This document shows, piece by piece, positions 59,881-64,000 of a DNA stretch of 64,000 nucleotides. The translations under genes and the position numbers were made by a program. The notes under the pieces are model-generated. The model saw only the letters and a program-made list of their open reading frames with translations. It did not search any database and was not told the origin of the DNA. The stretch is from Ginglymostoma cirratum. Lineage: Eukaryota. The stretch is from contig JAHRHZ010000066.1 of the NCBI GenBank assembly GCA_024137785.1, positions 24,981,069 through 25,045,068 on the forward strand, written 5' to 3'. Within the stretch, counting starts at the first letter, position 1; every line of letters begins with the position of its first letter.

Positions 59881-60210
59881 CTTACTGATATTCTTGCCAG
59901 TCTTTTGGACAAGTTCTAATTTTGCAAATAATTACCCAGGATCACTGGTATGTTCCTCAGAGCTGTTCTCACCAAATTCAGAGATCCACACACTGCCCTA
60001 TGTCTCTGTATGCCCACTCATAGTCCCTCTGATTAGCCTCAGCTTTCCTGCCCCTCACTCCACTCTCCTGGTCTTTTACCTAACAAGAAGTTTTCCATTT
60101 CCTTTTGGGGTAGATGATGGCCTAGTGGTATTATCATAAATATTACTTCAGAAACTCAGCTTCTCCAGCATCTGCAGTTCTTACAATTTTAACCCCCAGA
60201 ACATCCAGCT

Positions 60211-60367
60211 GAGATAACAAGGTGTAGAGCTGGATGAGCATAGCAGGAAAGCTTGACATTTTGGGCCTAGACCCTTCATCTGAAAAAATCTGATGAAGGG
60301 TCTAGGCCTGAACTGTCAAGCTTTGCTGTGTGGCCTGTTGTGTTTATCCACCTCAACACCTTGTTAT
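60211..60367. repeat. Penelope-derived hairpin (head-to-head hammerhead-like motifs) inserted in the LINE head
   Basis: Inner arms 60248-60280 / 60292-60324 and outer arms ataacaaggtgt / acaccttgttat; CTGATGA at 60290. Confidence 0.75.
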
Positions 60368-61786
60368 TTGTGGTGTTCTTTGGACCTAGGTTCAAATCCC
60401 ACCACAGCAGCTGGTGGAATTAGAATTCTAAGTCTGGAATCAAGAATCTACTGATCACCATCAAATCACTGCTGATGTTGGGGGGGGGGGAAAACCCATC
60501 TGGTTCACTGACCGCCTCCAGGGCAGGAAATCCACTACCCTTACCTGCTCTGGCTACATCTGACTTCAGACCCATAGCAATGTGATTAACTCTTGTTACC
60601 ACTGAGATGCTTGCTGTGGTATGTCAGAGGGCAGCTGAGAGTCAATCACTACCAAGAATCAAAGAAATGAACTGGATGGATCACCTAGGCATCAACATAA
60701 ACACCAGAAAAGACAACAGCAGAAAGAGCTCCATTGACCCAGAAAACTCTTCACTAACATCTGGTGGTTGGTGCCAAAACTGGGAGAGCTTTCTCACAGT
60801 CTAGTCAAGCAATAGCCTGACATACTCATACTCACAGAATCATACAAACACTGTCCCAGACACCATTACCATCCCTGGATATGTCCTGTTTTTGCCTTTG
60901 CCCCCACCACCCTGGCAGGACAGACCCAGCAGAGGGGGGAGGGAGTTGCTGTAGGAGTCCTCAACGTTGACTCCAGCCCACATGAAGTCTCATGCCTTCA
61001 AGTTAAATGTGGGCAAGGAAACCTGATTATGAACATACCACCCTCATTTGCATGATGGACCTGGATTCTTCAATGTTGAACAACACTTAGAGGAAGCACT
61101 GAGGATGGCAAGGGCACAAAATGTACTCTGGGTGGGGTATTTCAATGTCCACCACCACCAAGAGTGACTCAGCAGCAGTACTACTGATCGAGCTGATCAG
61201 GTCCTGAACGACATTGCTGCTAGGCTGGGTCTGCAGCAGGTGGTGAGCGAACCAACGAGGGAAAAACATACTTGAGCTCATCCTTGCTAGCTGCAGTTGC
61301 ATCTGTCCATGACCGTATCGATAAGAGTGATTAGCGCACAGTCCTTGTGGAGACCGAATCCTGCCTTTATGTTGAGAACAACCTCTATCATGTTCTGTGG
61401 CACTATCACCGTGCTAACTGGGACAGACTTCCCACAGATCTAGCAACCGAGGTGCTGTGGACCATCAACAGCAGCAAAATTGTACTCCAACACAATCTGT
61501 ATCCTCACGGCCTGGCATATCCCCCACTCAACCATCACTATCAAGCCAGGGGATCAGCCCTGGTTCAATGAAGAGGGCAGGAGAGCATGCCAGGAGCAGC
61601 ACCAGGCATACCTGAAGATGAGGTATCAACCTGGTGAAGCCACCAAACAGGACGACTTGCACGCCAAACTGTATGCAGCAAGCGATAAACAGAGCTAAGC
61701 GATCCCACAACCAATGGATCAGATTTAAGCTCTGCAGTCCTGCCACATCCAGTTGTGAATGGTGGTGGACAATTAAACAACTCACA

Positions 61787-61823
61787 GGAGGAGGCGGAGG
61801 AGGATGAGGATGAGGATGAGGAT
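61787..61823 (+). repeat. (GGA)n/(GAGGAT)n microsatellite inside the LINE ORF
   Basis: ggaggaggcggaggaggatgaggatgaggatgaggat. Confidence 0.8.
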
Positions 61824-63429
61824 GCTCCACAAATATCCCCCTCCTCAATGATGGAAGAGCCCAGCACATCAGTGTAAAAGATAAGGCTGAAGCATGCACA
61901 GCAATCTTCAGCTAGAAGTACCAAATGGATGATCCATCTCTGCCTCTTCCCGTGGCCCCAGCATTACAGATACTAGTCTTGAGCCAACTCGATTCACTCC
62001 ACGTGATATCAAGAAACAGTTGGAGACACTGAACACTGCAAAGGCTATGGGCCCTGACAACATCCCGGCAATAGTACTGAAGACTTGTGTTCCAGAACCT
62101 GCCGCTCCCCTAGCCAACCTGTTCCAGTGCAGTTACAACACTGGTATCTACCGGACAATGCGTCAAATTGCCCAAGTATGTCCTGTACGTAAAAAACAGG
62201 ACAAATCCAACCCAGCCAATTACCGCCCCATCAGTCCACTCTCAATCATCAGTAAAGTGATGGGAGGTGTCATCAACAGTGCTATCAAACAGCACCTGCT
62301 CAGAAATAACCTGCTCAGTGACACCCAGTTTGGGTTCCGCCCTGGGCCACTCAGATCCTGACCTCATTACAGCCTTGGTTCAAACATGGAAATAAAGAGC
62401 TGAATTCCAGAAGTGAAGTGAGTGTGACCGCCCTTGATATCAAGGCTGCATTTGACCAAGTGTGGCATCAAGGAGCCCTCGCAAAACTGGAATCAATGGA
62501 TATCAGGGGGCAAATGCTCCGGTGCTTGGAGTCATACCTGACACATAGGAAGATGGTCGTAGTTGTGGGAGGTCAATCACCTCCGCTCCAGGACATCTCT
62601 GTAGGAGTTCGCCAGGGTAGTGTCCTAGGCCCAACCATCTTCAACTGCTTCATCAATGACCTTCCCTCCGTCATAATGTCAGAGGTGGGGATGTTTGCCG
62701 ATGACTGCACAATGTTCAGCACCATTCATGACTCCTCAGATAGATACTAAAGCAGTCCATGTTCATGTGCAACAAGATCTGGACAATATCCAGGCTTGGG
62801 CTGACAAGTGGCAAGTGACATTTGCACCACACAAATGCCAGGCTATGACTATCACCAATAAGAGACAATCTAACCACCGCCCCTTGACATTCAATGGTGT
62901 TATCATTACTGAATACTCCACTATCAACATCTTGGGGGTTACCATTGACCAGAAACTCAACTGGACTCACCACATAAACACAGTGATACAAGAGCAGGCC
63001 CTGACTCCTCAAAGTCTGTCCGCCATCTATAAGGCACAAGTCAGGAGTGTGATGGAATACTCCCCACTTGCCTGGATGAGTGCAACCCCAACAACACTCA
63101 AGAAGCTTGACACCATCCAGGACAAAGCAGCCCGCTTGATTGGCACTACATCCACAAGCATTCACTCCCTCCACCACCGACGCTCAGTAGCAGCAGTGTT
63201 TACTATCTACAAGATGCACTGCAGATATTCACCAAAGATCCTCAGACAGACCCTTCCAAACTCATGACCACTTCCATCTAGAAGGACAAAGGCAGCAGCT
63301 GTATGGGAACACCACCACCTCCAAGTTCCCCTCCAAGTCACTCACCATCCTGACTTGGAAATATATTGCCGTTCCTTCACTGTCGCTGGTCAAAATCTTG
63401 GAATTTTCTCCCTAATAGCATTGTGGGTA

Positions 63430-64000
63430 CTATTGGAGAAAATGCGGAGGCATGGGATTGAGGGAGATTTAGCAGTTTGGATTAGAAACTGGCTTTCTGA
63501 AAGAAGCCAAAGAGTGGTGGTTGATGGAAAATATTCAGCCTGGAGTCCGGTTACTACTGGTGTGCCACAAGGATCTGTTTTGGGACCACTGCTGTTTGTC
63601 ATTTTTATAAATGACTTGGACGCAGACATAGGTGGATGGGTTAGTAAGTTTGCAGATGACACTAAAGTCGGTGGAGTGGTGGACAGTGTGGAAGAGTGTC
63701 GCAGGTTGCAGGGAGACTTGGATAAACTGCAGAATTGGGCTGAAAGGTGGCAAATGGAGTTCAATGCAGATAAATGTGAGGTGATGCACTTTGAGAAGAA
63801 TAATAGGAAGGCAGAATACTGGGTCAATGGAAAGATTCTTGGTAGTGTGGATGTGCAGAGGGATCTTGGTGTCCAGGTACATAGATCCCTGAAAGTTGCC
63901 ACCCAGGTTGATAGTGCTGTTAAGAAGGCATACGGTGTGTTAGGTTTCATTGGTAGAGGGATTGAGTTCCGGAGCCGTGATGTCATGCTGCAACTGTACA
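63430..64000 (+). mobile_element. Young 5'-truncated CR1/HER1-like LINE inserted in the 3'UTR of the preceding LINE; runs off the window
   Basis: Open frame LLEKMRRHGIEG...GVPQGSVLGPLLFVIFINDLD...KFADDTKVGG. Confidence 0.9.

Larger units (their letters stand above)
60110..63429 (+). mobile_element. Near full-length CR1-group LINE with disrupted endonuclease-RT ORF
   Basis: APE motifs (NIWWLVPK..PDILILTESY; G[D>Y]FN); RT motifs (KAMGPDNIP, NYRPIS, LDIKAAFDQV, QGSVLGP, FADD); multiple frameshifts and stops. Confidence 0.88.

Noticed and set aside
63390-63986. 198-aa minus-strand ORF (and other antisense ORFs over exons and LINEs) as novel proteins
   Set aside because: These are antisense shadows of the RT or CLTC coding frames, with no independent evidence.

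Overview
Eukaryotic (vertebrate) genomic DNA, CpG-depleted. The repeat content (HE1-type V-SINEs, CR1/HER1-like LINEs, Deu-type SINEs, Penelope fragments) suggests a cartilaginous fish (inference). Most of the window is the clathrin heavy chain 1 gene (CLTC/CHC17) on the + strand. Exon 1 lies upstream of the window. 31 constitutive GT-AG coding exons (11756-57826) splice into one open frame, followed by a ~0.8 kb 3'UTR. Two frame-preserving microexons are missing from the ORF track: a 21-nt exon (52170-52190, VDEIKKK, equivalent to the known alternative CLTC exon 31) and a candidate 3/6-nt exon (13514-13516 or 13511-13516). The introns carry many Penelope-derived short repeats with minimal hammerhead-ribozyme cores. 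Downstream (59.1-64 kb) is a retroelement cluster. It includes a CR1-like LINE whose endonuclease-RT ORF directly follows a tRNA-type A/B-box SINE module and has no T4 run over ~2.5 kb. SINEs elsewhere in the window look like internal-deletion derivatives of that LINE. Repeat boundaries are approximate; family names come from recognition, not a database search.
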